Assembly: GCF_044704955.1 (NCBI RefSeq)
Contig: NW_027250686.1
Coordinates: forward strand, 62,001-124,579
DNA length: 62,579 nt
Source of the DNA: Pristiophorus japonicus
Taxonomy: Eukaryota
Reading direction: 5' to 3'
A program made the translations under genes and the position numbers. Under the pieces are notes generated by a model. That model had not been told where the DNA came from. It searched no databases and worked only from the letters and a program-made list of their open reading frames with translations. This document shows, in pieces, positions 1-13,437 of the stretch; within the stretch, counting starts at the first letter, position 1, and each line of letters starts with the position of its first letter.

Positions 1-1776
1 AGTGGGTGTGGCTATTTCGGTGGAGCAGTACTGAGGGAGCGCCGCACTGTCAGAGATGCAGTACTGAGGGAGTGTCGCGCTGTCAGAGAGGCAGTACTGA
101 GGATGTACTGCAATGCCGGAGGGTCTGTGCTGCAATGCCGGAAGGGCAGAGCTGAGGGAGTGCTGCACTGTCAGAGGGGCAATAATGAGTGGGTGTGGCA
201 ATTTCAAAAGAGATGTACTGAGGGAGTGCTGCAATGCTGCAGGGGCAGTGCTGAGGGAGTGCTGCATGGTTGGTGGGGCAATACTGAGGGAGCGCTGCAG
301 TGTCTAGGGTAGGGGCAGTGCTGAGGGAGTGCCACACTGTCGGAAGAGCAGTACTGAGAGAGCGCTGCACTGTCGGAGGGACGGTACTGAGGGAGTGCTG
401 CAATGCCGGAAGGGGCAATGCTGAGAGAGTACTGCACTGACAAAGGGGGAGTACCGAGGGAGTGCTGCAATGCTGGTAGGGCAATGCTGAGGGAATGCTG
501 TGCTGTCGGAGGGGCAATACTGAGAGTGCGTTGCACCGTCGGAGGGGCAGTACAGAGCAAGCGCTGCACTGTCGGAGGGGCAGTAGTGAGGGAGCGCCAC
601 ACTGTTGGAGAGGCAATACTGAGGGAGTGCTGCAGTCGGAGGGGCAGTACTGCGGGAGCGCTGCACTGTCGGAGGAGGGTACGGAGGGAACAATGCATTG
701 TTAGAGTGGCACTACTGAGGGAGCATTGCATTGTCGGAGTGGCAATACTGAGGGAGCCCTGCACTGTTGCAGGGGCAGTACTGAGTGAGCACAGCACTAT
801 TGGAGGGGCAGTGCTGACGGAGTGTCGCGATGTCAGAAGGGGCGTACTGAGGAGTGGTGCACTGGAGGAGGGGCAGTACTGAGGGAGAGGTGCACTGTCA
901 GAGGGGAAGAACTGAGGGAGCGCTGCACTGTCAGACGGGAAATAATAAGTGGGTGTGGCAATTTCGGAGCAGCAGTACTGAGGGAGGGTTGCACTGTCGG
1001 AGGGCAGTACTGAGGGAGCATTGAGCTGTCGAGGGGAAGTGCTGCACTTTCGGAGGGGCAATACTGAGGGAGTGTCGTGCTGTTGGAGGGGCACTACTGA
1101 GGGAGTGCTGCACTGTCAGAGGGCCAGGGGGAGTGCTGCACTGTCGGAGAGGCAATACTGAGAGAGTGCCGCACTGTCGGAGGGTCAGTACTGAGGCAGT
1201 GCTGCACTGTTGGAGGGGCCGTACTGAGGGAGCGCTGCTCTGATGGAGGGGCAGTACTGAGGGAGTGCTGCACTGTCGGAGGGGCAGTACTGAGGGAGTG
1301 CTGCACTGTCGGAGGAGCCGTACTGAGGAAGCGCTGCACTGTCGGAGGGGCAGTACTGAGGGAGCGCTGCACTGTCGGAGGGACAGTACTGAGGAAGCGC
1401 TGCACTGTCGGAGGGGCAGTACTGACGGAGCGCTGCACTGTCAGAGGAGCTGTACTGAGGGAGTGCTGCGCTGCCAGAGGGGCATTACGGAGGGAGCACT
1501 GCACTGCTGGGGGGGCCGTACTGAGATTGTGCTGTCCTGTCAGATGGACGTACTGAGGGAGCGCCGCACTGTCGGAGGGGCAGTGCTGAGGGAGCATTGT
1601 ATTGACGGAGGCGCTGTACTGAGGGAGCATCGCATTTTCGGAGGGGCAGTTCTGAGGGAGCATTGCATTGTCAGAGGGGCAGTACTGAGGGAGCATTGCA
1701 TTGTCAGAGGGGCAGTACTGAGGGAGCATTGCATTGTCAAAGGGGCAGTACTGAGGGAGTGCTGCACTGTCGGAGG
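1..1776 (+). repeat. 33-bp minisatellite (GGGGCAGTACTGAGGGAGTGCTGCACTGTCGGA), diverged array derived from a SINE body
   Basis: About 50 imperfect tandem units. The unit matches the internal segment of the SINE at 58925-59140 and the array at 13438-15550 in opposite orientation. Confidence 0.95.
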
Positions 1777-2488
1777 TGTAATATAGAGCTCCGCCTGGTG
1801 GACGACTGTGGTATTGTAGCAGTTGCTGTAAATACAATAAAAGTCACATGATGTTTTGGAGCTATCTTGTAGTTTGTGTGTTTGTGATGTCGTACAAAAT
1901 ATATGATGTTGGCGAATGAGGATTGGATAATCGGAGACCGTAGCTGAAATTTTTGTTGGTGGATGATTCCATCCAAACAACAGAGACGAGAGGGATTCTT
2001 TATTTTGCAGCAGAGCTAAAACTCCAAGCGCACTCGGCTGAGCTGAAGAGTCCAGGTGGCCTTTGGGAATAATAGGGCACTTGGTTGATTTTCCGATGGA
2101 GACAGAGCTGCGAGGCTACTCAGGAGAGCAAATCCCTGTGGTAGGACGAATCACCGTACCGGTGATGTACCAGCGTCAGTTTCAGAGCTTGCCTCCCTTA
2201 GTAGTGTCAGAAGACAAGCCTGCCTCAATAGGTAGAAATTGGTTGGGATCACTGAAGCTGTATTGGAATCCAACTTTTCATGTTGAGCCAAGATTTGCAT
2301 CGAAGGATGATGACATCAGACAATATCCCAAGGTGTTCCGCGAAACAGGCAGTCTGATCCAAGGTTTCAAGGTGAGTGTCAGGGTACAGAAGGACGTTAG
2401 ACCAGTTTACTATAGGCCACGTTCCGTACCGTACGCGCTCAAGGAGAAAATTGAGCAAGAATTCAAAAGACTAGAAACAGAGAGCAAT

Positions 2489-3186
2489 GGCCCAGAAATC
2501 CCGGCCTCCCGGGGTCCATACGGAGTGTGTACAGGAAAGCATCGGAAAAGTCGGTGCTCAGCGCGCAATGCGCATGCGCTGAAAACTGGCTTTTCCGATC
2601 TGGCTCTCGGGTGCGAGGACATTTGTTTGGGCAGGATTGCGGGATTTACCCATTTCTTGCCCAGCAAATGTCCTCAAAACTCTTGCGCCTGATAAAAGCA
2701 GGCGCATAGCATACTGTTACAGGCGTAAGGGTTTAACAACATAATTAAATTAAATTAAATTTAAAAAACACATTATTTTTAAAAACCCTGCCCACTACGT
2801 TATATTTATTTTTAACCATAATTAAAACTTAAAACAAACATTTAAAAAAAAAACATTTCTATAAACTTTAATTTCTATAATGTATTTATGTGAGGTGTTT
2901 TTTAATGTTTTTGTAGTGTTTGGGGGTGTTTCTCATTCATAGCAATAGGAATTTCGGATTTACGAAACTCCTATTACTAGGAATGAGAAAATACTTACCC
3001 GTGATTGGGTGTCCAGGCCCACGTGACTCCAGCGGACGTCCCAACGTGAACGCGCTCCGTTGCGCGAGAAGAGGAGGCCTCGAGTCCGGGATCTCTGGCG
3101 GGCGTTCGACCGAAAGGTAAGTGCGCATCTTTTCTCCTATTTTTAGTCGAACGCCCTCGGGAAGAGGAAACAGGGATTTCAGGGCC
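2489..3186 (+). mobile_element. Non-autonomous TIR element (MITE), probably PIF/Harbinger; copy 1
   Basis: 14-bp TIR GGCCC(A/T)GAAATCCC and 3-bp TSD AAT (2486-2488, 3187-3189). It cleanly splits Gypsy pol. Second copy at 36517-37232. Confidence 0.88.
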
Positions 3187-3506
3187 AATATCCTCAAGAT
3201 AGATCGATGTAATTGGGCTACACCCATTGTTGTTGTACCTAAGTCCGATGGTAAGGTAAGATTGTGTGGTGATTATAAAGTAACCGTAAAGCAGGTTCTA
3301 GAGGGTAATGTCCCCAATACATTGCCAAATGTAGATTTGTTCACAATGCTGACAGGTGGTCAGATCTTCTCGAAGTTAGATCTGACAAATGTCTACTCAC
3401 AACTTGAGCTAGATGAGGCGTTCAAGTCATGCTTGACGATAAATACTCATCTAGGCCTATATGAATTTAATAGGCTTCCATTTGGAGTGTCTTCCACCAC
3501 CACCAT

Positions 3507-4194
3507 TGTGGAAATGTATTTTTGTCTAAGCTGATACCATACGGTATTTGTGTGCCCTTTGCAATATATATATATCAAAATGGAGTCCTGGCCCTTCCAG
3601 AACTTTCTGCATTTTAGCAGTCAGCTTGCATAAACAGCTAAACCTGGTTTGAGATGGCTGATGGCCATTAGACAGCTAGGAGACAAGTCATGCTGAGACA
3701 AGTACCCCCCCATGGTGCTTTCCTATTGTCTACACGACACCAGTTCCATGTCACCCCACCCTTATCTTCTAGCCATTATCTTCTTTCCGAGACCTCATCC
3801 ATTTGATGCAAACAGATAAACTGACCAGGAAATTGAACTTTCCTGACACAATACAAGACAGGTGATAGCCCATTACCTATGACTCATGGATTAATGGCCG
3901 GCTGGCCAACTGATAACCCTGACAAAAGGAAATATCTGGATACCATGTCAGGACCAGGATATAGTAATTAACTCTTTATCTGTATTCACTGACTGTGAGA
4001 CAGAGCAATACACAGGGAGAGGCCATAACTTTGGTTTTACTGTATAAATATCTTGTTAAACTGAACCATTTCGGAGGTGTTCACTTAGCCCTTGACTGAG
4101 TGTAACCTACCCCTTGCGAGCAAGTAAATTAAAGAAACTTCTACCGGAGCTGTAAGTGTCGGAGTCATTCTTTTCGGAGGTCGAGATTTCGACA
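3507..4194 (+). mobile_element. Solo LTR (688 bp), ERV-like or Gypsy
   Basis: Termini TGTGGAAA...TTTCGACA, 4-bp TSD CCAT, TATAAATA near 4043, ATTAAA near 4128. Removing it rejoins the RT frame (GVSSTTT-IFQGVMDQ). Confidence 0.9.
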
Positions 4195-5002
4195 CCATAT
4201 TCCAAGGGGTGATGGACCAGATTTTGCAAGGCTTTGAAGGGGTAGTATGTTATTTAGATGGTATACTAATTTCAGCACCAAACAGGCAAATCCATAATAA
4301 CGTACTTAATGAAGCCCTCAAATGGCTAGAGAAGCACAGAGTACGAGTGTCTGCTCACAAGTGTGAGTTATTTCAAAACTCAGTTGCGTATTAAGGGCAC
4401 AGAGTAGGCAAAGATGGTTTACATCCAACCATGAGAAAACTGAATGCAATCAGAAATGCATCCACTCCCAAGAATGTCACTGAACTTCAATCATTTTTGG
4501 GTCTTTTGAACTATTCTGGGAAGTTCCTACCAAATTTGGCTAGTGTTCTATCCACTGAATGAACTATTGAAAAAAACAGGCCCATTTGAAGTGGTCAGAA
4601 GAATGTTACACAGCATTCAAGGAGTGTAAAAGCAAATTGGTAGAGAGCACCATGTTAGTTCACTATGACGTATCTCAGGAGATCAAGCTAGCATGTGATC
4701 CTTCTCCGTATGGAGTTGGAGCAGTGATCACTCATGTACTACATAGTGGGGAGGAGAGACCAACTGCTTTTGCTTCACGCACTCTCAGTGCCAGTGAGTA
4801 TAATTATGCACAGATCGAAAGGGAAGATTTGGCATTGGTTTTTGGGGTCAAGAAGTTTCACAAATACTTGTATGGTCGTAAGTTTACCATCGTTACGGAC
4901 CATAAATCCCTGATAGCAATCCTCCATCCAAAGTCCCCAGTTCCAACCTTAGCTGCAGCCCGAATGCAGAGATGGGCTTTGATTTTGTCAGCATATGAAT
5001 AC

Positions 5003-5710
5003 AAGAACATAAGAAATAGGAGCAGGAGAAGGCCATTTGGCCCCTCGAGCCTGCTCTACCATTCAATAAGATCATGGTTGATCTGATCATGGACTCAGCT
5101 CCACTTCCCTGCCTGCACCCCATAACCCTTATCGCTCAAAAATCTGTCTATCTCCACCTCAAATATATTCAATGACCCAGCATCCACAGCTCGCTGGGGC
5201 AGAGAATTCCATAGATTTACAACCCTCAGAGAAGAAATTCCTCCTCATCTCAGTTTTAAATGGGTGGCCCCTTATTTTAAGACTATGTCCCCTAGTTTTA
5301 GTTTCCCCTATGAGTGGAAATATCCTCTCTGCATCCAGCTTGTCGAGCCCCCTCATTATCTTATAAGTTTCAATAAGGTCACCTCTCATTCTTCTGAACT
5401 CCAATGAGTATAGGCCCAACCTACCCTTCATAAGTCAACACCCTCATCTCCGGAATCAACCGAGTGAACCCTCTCTGAACAGCCTCCAATGCAAGTATAT
5501 CCTTCCTTAAATATGGAGACCATAACTGTACACAGTACTCAAGGCGTGGCCTTACCAATACCCTGTACAGTTGTAGCAGGACTTCTCTGCTTTTATACTC
5601 TATCCCCTTGCAATAAAGGCCAACATTCCATTTGCCTTCCTGATTACTTGCTGTACCTGCATACTAACTTTTTGTGTTTCATTCACAAGGACCCCCAGCT
5701 CCCTCTGTAC
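5003..5710 (-). mobile_element. CR1 LINE 3' part ((TTCTTATG)n-tail family); continues at 11847-12097
   Basis: Tail AAGAACATAAGAA, RT C-terminus LGLYSLEFRRMRGDLIETYKI. The junction ...CCCTCTGTAC|TGAAGCACTTTGC resumes near 11847. Confidence 0.9.
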
Positions 5711-5711
5711 T

Positions 5712-6127
5712 TAGAAACATAGAAAATAGGTGCAGGTGTAGGTCATTCGGCCCTTCGAGCCTGCACCACCATTCAATATGATCATGGCTGATCATGCAAC
5801 TTCAATATCCCATTCCTCTTTCTCTCCAAACCCTTTCATCCCTTGAGCCTTAAGGGCCACATCTAACTGCCTTTTGAATATATCTAACGAACTGGCCTCA
5901 ACAACTTTCTGTGGTAGAGAATTCCACAGGTTCACAATTCTCTGAGTGAAGAAGTTTCTCCTCATCTCGGTCCTAAATGGCTTACCCCTTATCCCTAGAC
6001 TGTAACCACTGGTTCTGGACTTCCCCAACATCGGGAACATTCTTCCTGCATCTAACCTGTCAATCCCGTCAGAATTTTATATGTTTCTATGAGATCCCCT
6101 CTCATTCTTCTAAATTCCAGTGAATAT
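5712..6127 (-). mobile_element. CR1 LINE 3' end ((TTCTATGT)n-tail family); continues at 8046-8360 and 11459-11833
   Basis: Tail TAGAAACATAGAAA. Sequence is collinear across junctions 6127/8046 and 8360/11459. Confidence 0.88.
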
Positions 6128-6656
6128 AGAAACATAGAAACATAGAAAATAGGTGCAGGAGTAGGCCATTCGGCCCTTCGAGCCTGCACTGCCATTCAAT
6201 GAGTTCATGGCTGACCATGCAACCTCAGTATTTCATTCCTGCTTTCTCGCCATACCCCTTGATCCCCCTAGTAGTAAGGACTATATCTAACTCCTTTTTG
6301 AATATATTTAGTGAATTGGCCTCAACAACTTTCTGTGGTAGAGAATTCCACAGGTTCACCACTCTCTGGGTGAAGAAGTTTCTCCTCATCTCGGTCCTAA
6401 ATGGCTTACCCCTTATCCTTAGACTGTGACCCCTGGTTCTGGACTTCCCCAACATCGGGAACATTCTTCCTGCATCTAACCTGTCTAAACCCATCAGAAT
6501 TTTAAACATTTCTATGAGGTCCCCTCTCATTCTTCTGAACTCCAGTGAATACAAGCCCAGTTGATCCAGTCTTTCTTGATAGGTCAGTCCTGCCATCCCG
6601 GGAATCAGTCTGGTGAACCTTCGCTGCACTCCCTCAATAGCAAGAATGTCCTTCCT
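6128..6656 (-). mobile_element. 5'-truncated CR1 3' end
   Basis: (CATAGAAA)n tail and [13 protein letters not shown]...RGDLIE...RVVNLWNSLP. Confidence 0.9.
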
Positions 6657-8040
6657 GGCTGAAAGTAGGTCAGGTATGGCAGCGCAACATTCCTGGGTAG
6701 TTTTTAGACGGGATAGAGAGTGGGGTAAAAAAGGAGGGGGGATCGCAGTATTGATTAAAGAAACAATTACAGCTGTGAGAAGGAATGATATGTTAGAGGG
6801 GTCATCAAATGAGGCCAGATGGGTTGAATTAAAGAACAAAAAAGGGCCGATCACACTACTGGGAGTGTACTATAGACCCCCAAGCAGTCAGAGGGAGTTA
6901 GAAGAACAAATATGTGGACAAATTGCTGTGAAGTGCAAGAACTAGAGAGCTGTAATAGTGGGGGATTTGAACTACCCTAATATTAACTGGGAAAACGGTA
7001 GTGTGAATGGTACAGAGGGTGCGGAATTCCTAAAATGCATTCAGGAGAACTTCTTTAATTAGTATGTAACAAGCCCAACAAGGGAGGGGGTGATTCTGGA
7101 CTTGGTTTTGGGGAATGAAGAGGGGCAGGTGGAAGGGGTATCAGTGGAAGAGCATTTAGGGTAGTTATGGAAAAGGACAAAGGGGGACCAGGAATAAAAG
7201 TTCTCAATTGGGGTAAAGTCAATTTTGATGAGCTGAAATGGGATTTGGCCAAAGTGGACTGGAAACGGCTACCTGATGGTAAATCAGCATCAGAGCAGTG
7301 GGAGGCATTCAAGGAGGAGATAGAGGGTTCAGAGCAAGAATGTTCCCTTAAAAAAAAGTGGGGCTAACAAATCTAGAGCCCCCTGGATGTCAAGTGACAT
7401 ACAGGATAAGATAAAGAAAAAAAGGAAACTTATGACAGATATCGAGAACTCAACACTGCAGAAACTCTAGAGGAGTAGAAGAAGTGCGGAGGTGCAATTA
7501 AAAAAGATATCAGAAAAGCAAAGAGAGAGCATGAAAGAAAGTTGGCAAGTAAAATCAGGGAAAACCTAAAGATGTTTTATAAATACATTGAGCAAGAGGA
7601 TAACAAGAGAAAAAGTGGGGCCTATTAGAGACCATAAAGGAAATCTGTGTGTGGAGGCGGAAGACATGGGTAGGATTCTTAATGAATACTTTGCATCCGT
7701 TTTCACAAGCGAGAGAGGCGATGCAGACTTTGCAATGAGGGAGGAGGATTGTGAAGTATGAGATGAGATAAACATAGATAGTGAGAGAGGAAGTATTAAG
7801 GGGCTTAGCAGCATTGAAAGTGGATAAATCACCAGGCCCGGATGAAATGTAACCAGGCTGTTAAGAGAATCAAGAGAAAATAGCAGAGGCTCCGACCATC
7901 ATTTTACAATCCTCTCTGGCTACATGTGTGGTGCCAGAGGACTGGAGGACTACTAATGTTATACCTTTGTTTAAAAAGGAAGAAAGGGATAGACCGAGTA
8001 ATTACAGGTCCCTCAGTAGTGGGAAAATTATTGAAAAAAA
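6657..8040 (+). mobile_element. Degraded CR1 ORF2 fragment (APE endonuclease to start of RT), older family
   Basis: FRRDR..GGGIAVLIKE, GVYYRPP, GDLNYP, KSPGPD, NYR; many stops and frameshifts. Confidence 0.85.
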
Positions 8041-8360
8041 AATATATAAGCCTAGTCGATCCAGTCTTTCTTCATATGTCAGTCCTGCCATCCCGGGAAT
8101 CAGTCTGGTGAACCTTCGCTGCACTCCCTCAATAGCAAGAATGTCCTTCCTCAGATTAGGAGACTAAAACTGTACACAATATTCCAGGTGAGGTCTCACC
8201 AAGGCCCTGTACAACTGCAGTAAGACCTCCCTGCTCCTATACTCAAATCCTCTCGCAATGAAGGCCAACATGCCATTTGCCTTCTTCACCACCTGCTGTA
8301 CCTGCATGCCAACTTTCAATGACTGATGTACCATGACATCCAGGTCTCATTGCACCTCCC

Positions 8361-11300
8361 TAGCGCTGTTGGGGAGCGGTTAAACTAATATGGCAGGGGA
8401 ATGGGAACCTATGCAGGGAGACAGAGGGAAGTAGAATGGGGGCAGAAGCAAAAGATGGAAAGAAGAAAAGTAAAAGTGGAGGGCAGAGAAACCTAAGGCA
8501 AAAAGCAAAAAGGGCCACATTACAGCAAAATTCTAAAGGGGTAAAGTGTGTTAAAAAGACAAGTCTGAAGGCTCTGTGCCTCAATGCAAGAAGTATTCGT
8601 AATAAAATGGACGAATTAACTGCGCAGATAGCTGTTAACGGATATGATGTAATTGGCATCACGGAGACATGGCTCCAGGGTGACCTAGGCTGGGAACTCA
8701 ACATCCAGGGGTATTCAACATTCAGGAAGGATAGACAGAAAGGAAAAGGAGGTGGGACGGTGTTGCTGGTTAAAGAGGAAATTAACGCAATAGTAAGGAA
8801 GGACATTAGCTTGGGTGATGTGGAATCGGTATGGGTGGAGCTACGGAATACCAAAGGGCAGAAAACGCTAGTGGGAGTTGTGTACAGACCACCAAACAGT
8901 AGTAGTGAGGTTGGGGACAGCATCAAACAAGAAATTAGGGATGTGTGCAATAAAGGTACAGCAGTTATCATGGGCGACTTTAATCTACATATTGATTGGA
9001 CTAACCAAACTGGTAGTAATGCGGTGGAGGAGGATTTCCTGGAGTGTATTAGCAATGGTTTTCTAGACCAATATGTTGAGGAACCAACTAGAAGGCTGGC
9101 CATCCTATACTGGGTGATTTGTAATGAGAAAGGACTAATTAGCAATCTTGTTGTGTGAGGCCCCTTGGGGAAGAGTGACCACAATATGGTAGAATTCTTT
9201 ATTAAGATGGGGAGTGACACAATTAATTCAGAGACTAGGGTCCTGAACGTAAGGAAAGGTAACTTCGATGGCATGAGACGTGAATTAGCTAGAATAGACT
9301 GGCAAATGATACTTAAAGGGTTGACGGTGGATAGGCAATGGCAAACATTTAAAGATCACATGGATGAACTTCAACAATTGTACATCCCTGCCTGGAGTAA
9401 AAATAAAACGGGGAAGATGGCTCAACCATGGCTAACAAGTGAAATTAAGGATAGTGTTAAATCCAAGGAAGGGGCATATAAATTGGCCAGAAAAAGCAGC
9501 AAACCTGAGGGCTGGGAGAATTTTATAATTCAGCAGAGGAGGTAAAAAGGGTTTAATTCGGAGGTGGAAAATAGAGTATGAGAGGAAGCTTGATGGGAAC
9601 ATAAAAAGTGACTGCAAAAGCTTCGATAGATATGTGAAGAGAAAAAGATTAGTGAAGACAAACGTAGGTCCCTTGCAGTCAGATTCAGGTGAATTTATAA
9701 TGGGGAACAAAGAAATGGTGGACCAGTTGAACAAATACTTTGGTTCTGTCTTCACGAAGGAAGACACAAATAACCTTCTGAATGTACTAGGGGACAGTGG
9801 GTCTAGTGAGAAGGAGGAACTGAAGGATATCCTTATTAGGCGGGAAATTGTGCAAGGGAAATTGATGGGATTGAAGGCCGATAAATCCCCGGGGCCTGAT
9901 AGTCTGCATCCCAGAGTACTTAAGGAAGTGGCCCTAGAAATAGTGGATGCATTGGTGATCATTTTCCAATAGTCTATCGACTCTGGATCAGTTCCTATGT
10001 ACTGGAGGGTAGCTAATGTAACACCACTTTTTAAGAAAGGAGGGAGAGAGAAAACGGGTAATTATAGACCGGTTAGCCTGACATCAGTAGTGGGGAAAAT
10101 GTTGGAATCAATTATTAAAGATGAAATAGCAGCGCATTTGGAAAGCAGTGACAGGATCGGTCCAAGTCAGCATGGATTTATGAAAGAGAAATCATGCTTG
10201 ACAAATCTTCTCAAATTTTTTGAGGATGTAACTATTAGAATGGACAAGGGAGAACCAGTGGATGTGGTGTATTTGGACTTTCAAAAGGCTTTTGACAAGG
10301 TCCCACACAAGAGATTGGTGTGCAAAATTAAGGCACATGGTATTGGGGGTAATGTACTGATGTGGATAGAGAACTGATTGGCAGACAGGAAGCAGAGAGT
10401 CGGGATAAACGGGTCCTTTTCAGAATGGCAGGCAGTGACTAGTGGGGTGCCGCAGGGCTCAGTGCTGGGACCCTCAGCTATTTACATTAATGATTTAGAT
10501 GAAGGAATTGAGTGTAATATCTCCAAGTTTGTAGATGACACTAAGCTGGGTGACGATGTGAGCTGTGAGGAGGACGCTAAGAGGCTGCAGGGTGACTTGG
10601 ACAGGTTAGGTGAATGGGCAAACGCATGGCAGATGCAGTATAATGTGGATAAATGTGAGGTTATCCACTTTGGTGGCAAAAACAGGAAGGCAGAATATTA
10701 TCTGAATGGCGGCAGATTAGGAAAAGGGGAGATGCAACGAGACCTGGGTGTCATGGTACATCAGTCATTTAAAGTTGGCATGCAGGTACAGCAGGCGGTG
10801 AAGAAGGCAAATGGTATGTTGGCCTTCATAGCTAGGGGATTTGAATGTAGGAGCAGGGCAGTCTTACTGTTGCACAGGGCCTTAGTGAGGCCTCACCTGG
10901 AATATTGTGTTCAGTTTTGGTCTCCTAATCTGAGGAAGGGCGTTCTTGCTATTGAGGGAGTGCAGCGAAGGTTCACCAGACTGATTCCAGGGATAGCAGG
11001 ACTGATATATGAGGAGAGACTGGATCGGCTGGGCCTGTATTCACTGGAGTTTAGAAGGATGAGAGGGGATCGCATAGAAACATATAAAAATCTGACGGGA
11101 CTGGACAGATTAGATGCAGGAAGAATGTTCCCGATGTTGGGGAAGTCTAGAACCAGGGGACATAGTCTAAGGATAAGGGGTAAGCCATTTAGGACCGAGA
11201 TGAGGAGAAACTTCTTCACTCAGAGAGTTGTTAACCTGTGGAATTCCCTGTCGCAGAGAGCTGTTGATGCCTGTTCATTGAATAGATTCAAGAGGGAGTT

Positions 11301-11457
11301 AGATATGGCCCTTACGGCTAAAGCGATCAAGGGGTATGGAGAGAAAGCAGTTAAGGAGTACTGAGGTGAATGATCAGCCATGATCTTACTGAATGGTGGT
11401 GCAGGCTCGAAGGGCCGAATGGCCTACTCCTGCACCTATTTTCTATGTTTCTATGTT
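8361..11457 (+). mobile_element. CR1 LINE with nearly complete, disrupted ORF2 (EN+RT) and 3' UTR
   Basis: ORFs 8436-9158 (NARSI, ITETW, YRPP, GDFN), SDH, NYRPVSLTS, QHGF, YLDFQKAFDKV, GVPQGSVLGP, FVDD; tail TTCTATGTTTCTATGT. Confidence 0.95.
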
Positions 11458-12699
11458 TCCCCTTTTCCTAATCTGTCACCATACAGATAATATTCTGCCT
11501 TCCTGTTTTTGCCACCAAAGTGGATAACCTCACATTTATCCACATTACACTGCATCTGCCATGCATTTGCCCTATCGCCTAACCTATCCAAGTCACCCTG
11601 CAGCCTCTTAGCATCCTCCTCACAGCTCACACCGCCACCCAGCTTAGTGTCATCTGCAAACTTGGAGATATTACACTCAATTCCTTCATCTAAATCATTA
11701 ATGTATATTGTAAATAGCTGGGGTCCCAGCACTGAACCTTGCAGTACCCCACTAGTCACTGCCTGCCATCCTGAAAAGGACCCGTTTATCCCGACTCTCT
11801 GCTTCCTGTCTGACAACCAGTTTTCTAACCTCGTCAATACAGCACTGAAGCACTTTGCAATTTTTCTACATTTAAATTATAATTTGCTTTTCTATTATTT
11901 CTGCCAAAGTGGATAACCTCACATTTTCCCACATTATACCCCATCTGCCAAGTTTTTGCCCACTCACTGAGCCTGTCTATATCCCTTTGCAGATTTTTTG
12001 TGTCCTCCTCACAACTTGCTTTCCCACCCATCTTTGTATCATCAGCAAACTTGGCTACATTACACTTGGTCCCTTCATCCAAGTCATTAATATAGATCCG
12101 TATGACATTGAATACAGGCGATCAGCTGATCACAGTAATGCTAATGCTATGTCCAGGTTGCCATCCCCATCACAAGTTACAACCAATAGGGAATTGTGCT
12201 ATTTTTCATACATTGATGAACTGCCAGTCACAGCTGAAGAGATTGGTCGACTGTAATAATGCAACTGGTCCTGTAAATACAATAAAAGAAATGAAGCCAT
12301 CTTGTAGTCGTGTGTCTTGGTGATGTCGTAGGAATATATCACACATATATTTCAATAAGATCATCTTTCATTCTTCTAAACTCCAATGAATACATGCCCA
12401 ACCTGCTCAACCTTTCTTCATAAGACAACCCCTTCATCCCAGGAATCAACCTATCATCTGGGAGGATTCATCATGTGGTGAATCGTCCCAGAAAAGACCC
12501 AACCAGAGTTGATAAGGCAAACTATTCCTCCTCGTACTTCTTGTCCTGTCTGCAGCCTTTGACACGGTTTACCACAGCATCCCCCTGCCAACCCCTCTCC
12601 ACCGTCGTCTAGCTGTGTGGGGCTGCACTCGCCTGGCTCCATTATTATCTATCAAATCGTAGCCCGAGAATCACCTTCAATGGCTTCTCTACCTACACC

Positions 12700-13130
12700 T
12701 CTACATGTTGCCCCTTGGTGACATCATCCGAAAACACAGCGTCAGTTGCCACATGTACGCTGACGACACCCAGCTCTACCTCACCACCCCTCCACGGTCT
12801 CTCACGGTCACACTGCTTGTCCGACTTCCAGTACTGAGAGCAGAAATTTCCTCCAACTAAATATTGGGATGACCGAGGCCATTGTCTTCGATCCCCGCCA
12901 CAAAGCTCCGTCCCCGAGCCAGAGTCCATCCCACTCCCCGGCAACTGTCTGAGGCTGACCCAGATTGTTCGCAACCTTGGTGTTATATTTGACCCTGAGC
13001 TGAGTTTCTGATCACATATCTACTCCATCACTAAAACCACCCTACTTCTACCTCGGTAACATCGCCCATCTCTGCCCCTACCTCGGCTCATCTTCTGCTG
13101 AAACCCTCATCCATGTCTTTGTTACCTCTA
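12700..13130 (+). mobile_element. L2-clade LINE RT fragment
   Basis: Translates to PLGDIIRKH..HMYADDTQLYL, VRNLGVIFDPELSF, AETLIHVFVT. Confidence 0.8.
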
Positions 13131-13180
13131 CATTGGGCAAGGACAGGTGACTGTCCTGCCTCACGCACATTTAATGTGCA

Positions 13181-13437
13181 GAAAGACTTGCATTTATACG
13201 GTGCCTTTCACGACCGCCGAACGTCCCAAGCGCTTTACAGCCAATGAAGTGTAGTCACTGCTGTAATGTGCACACAGCAAGCTCCCACAAAAAAAAATGT
13301 GATATTGACCAGGTAATCTGTTTTTTAGTGACATTTACTGAGGGACAAATATTGGCCAGGGCACCGGGGATAACACTTCTTCGAAAATAGTGCCATGAGC
13401 CTTTTCCGTCCAGCTGAGTGAGTGGTTTAACGGGGCT
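13181..13437 (-). mobile_element. Deu-type SINE 3' half with L2-like tail, running directly into the 33-bp array
   Basis: GAAAGACTTGCATTTATA..GCCTTTCAC...GCTTTACAGCCAATGAAG shared with copies at 22432, 28150 and 58206. Confidence 0.8.

Larger units (their letters stand above)
2063..5003 (+). pseudogene. Gypsy pol remnant (end of protease, RT, RNase H) in pieces 2063-2488, 3187-3506, 4195-5003; continues at 12101-12250
   Basis: Motifs GRNWL, WATPIVVVPKSDGKVRLCGDYK, FSKLDL, RLPFGVSS, YLDG (mutated YLDD), LACDPSPYGVGAV, YAQIERE, TDHKSL, RMQRWALILSAY, then YDIEYR..HSNANAMSRLP at 12101. Confidence 0.92.
1777..12343 (+). mobile_element. Degenerate Ty3/Gypsy LTR retrotransposon, internally deleted and heavily interrupted by nested insertions
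   Basis: 5' LTR about 1777-1908 (TGTAAT..., AATAAA) followed by PBS-like TGGCGAATGAGG. Related 3' LTR 12252-12343 ends ...TATCACA; both share CTGTAAATACAATAAAA and CTTGTAGT..GTGATGTCGTA. pol remnants lie between. No clear TSD; gag and integrase largely missing. Confidence 0.85.

Noticed and set aside
8436-11364. Active CR1 or domesticated reverse transcriptase
   Set aside because: Every CR1 copy in the window has stops or frameshifts and 5' truncation.
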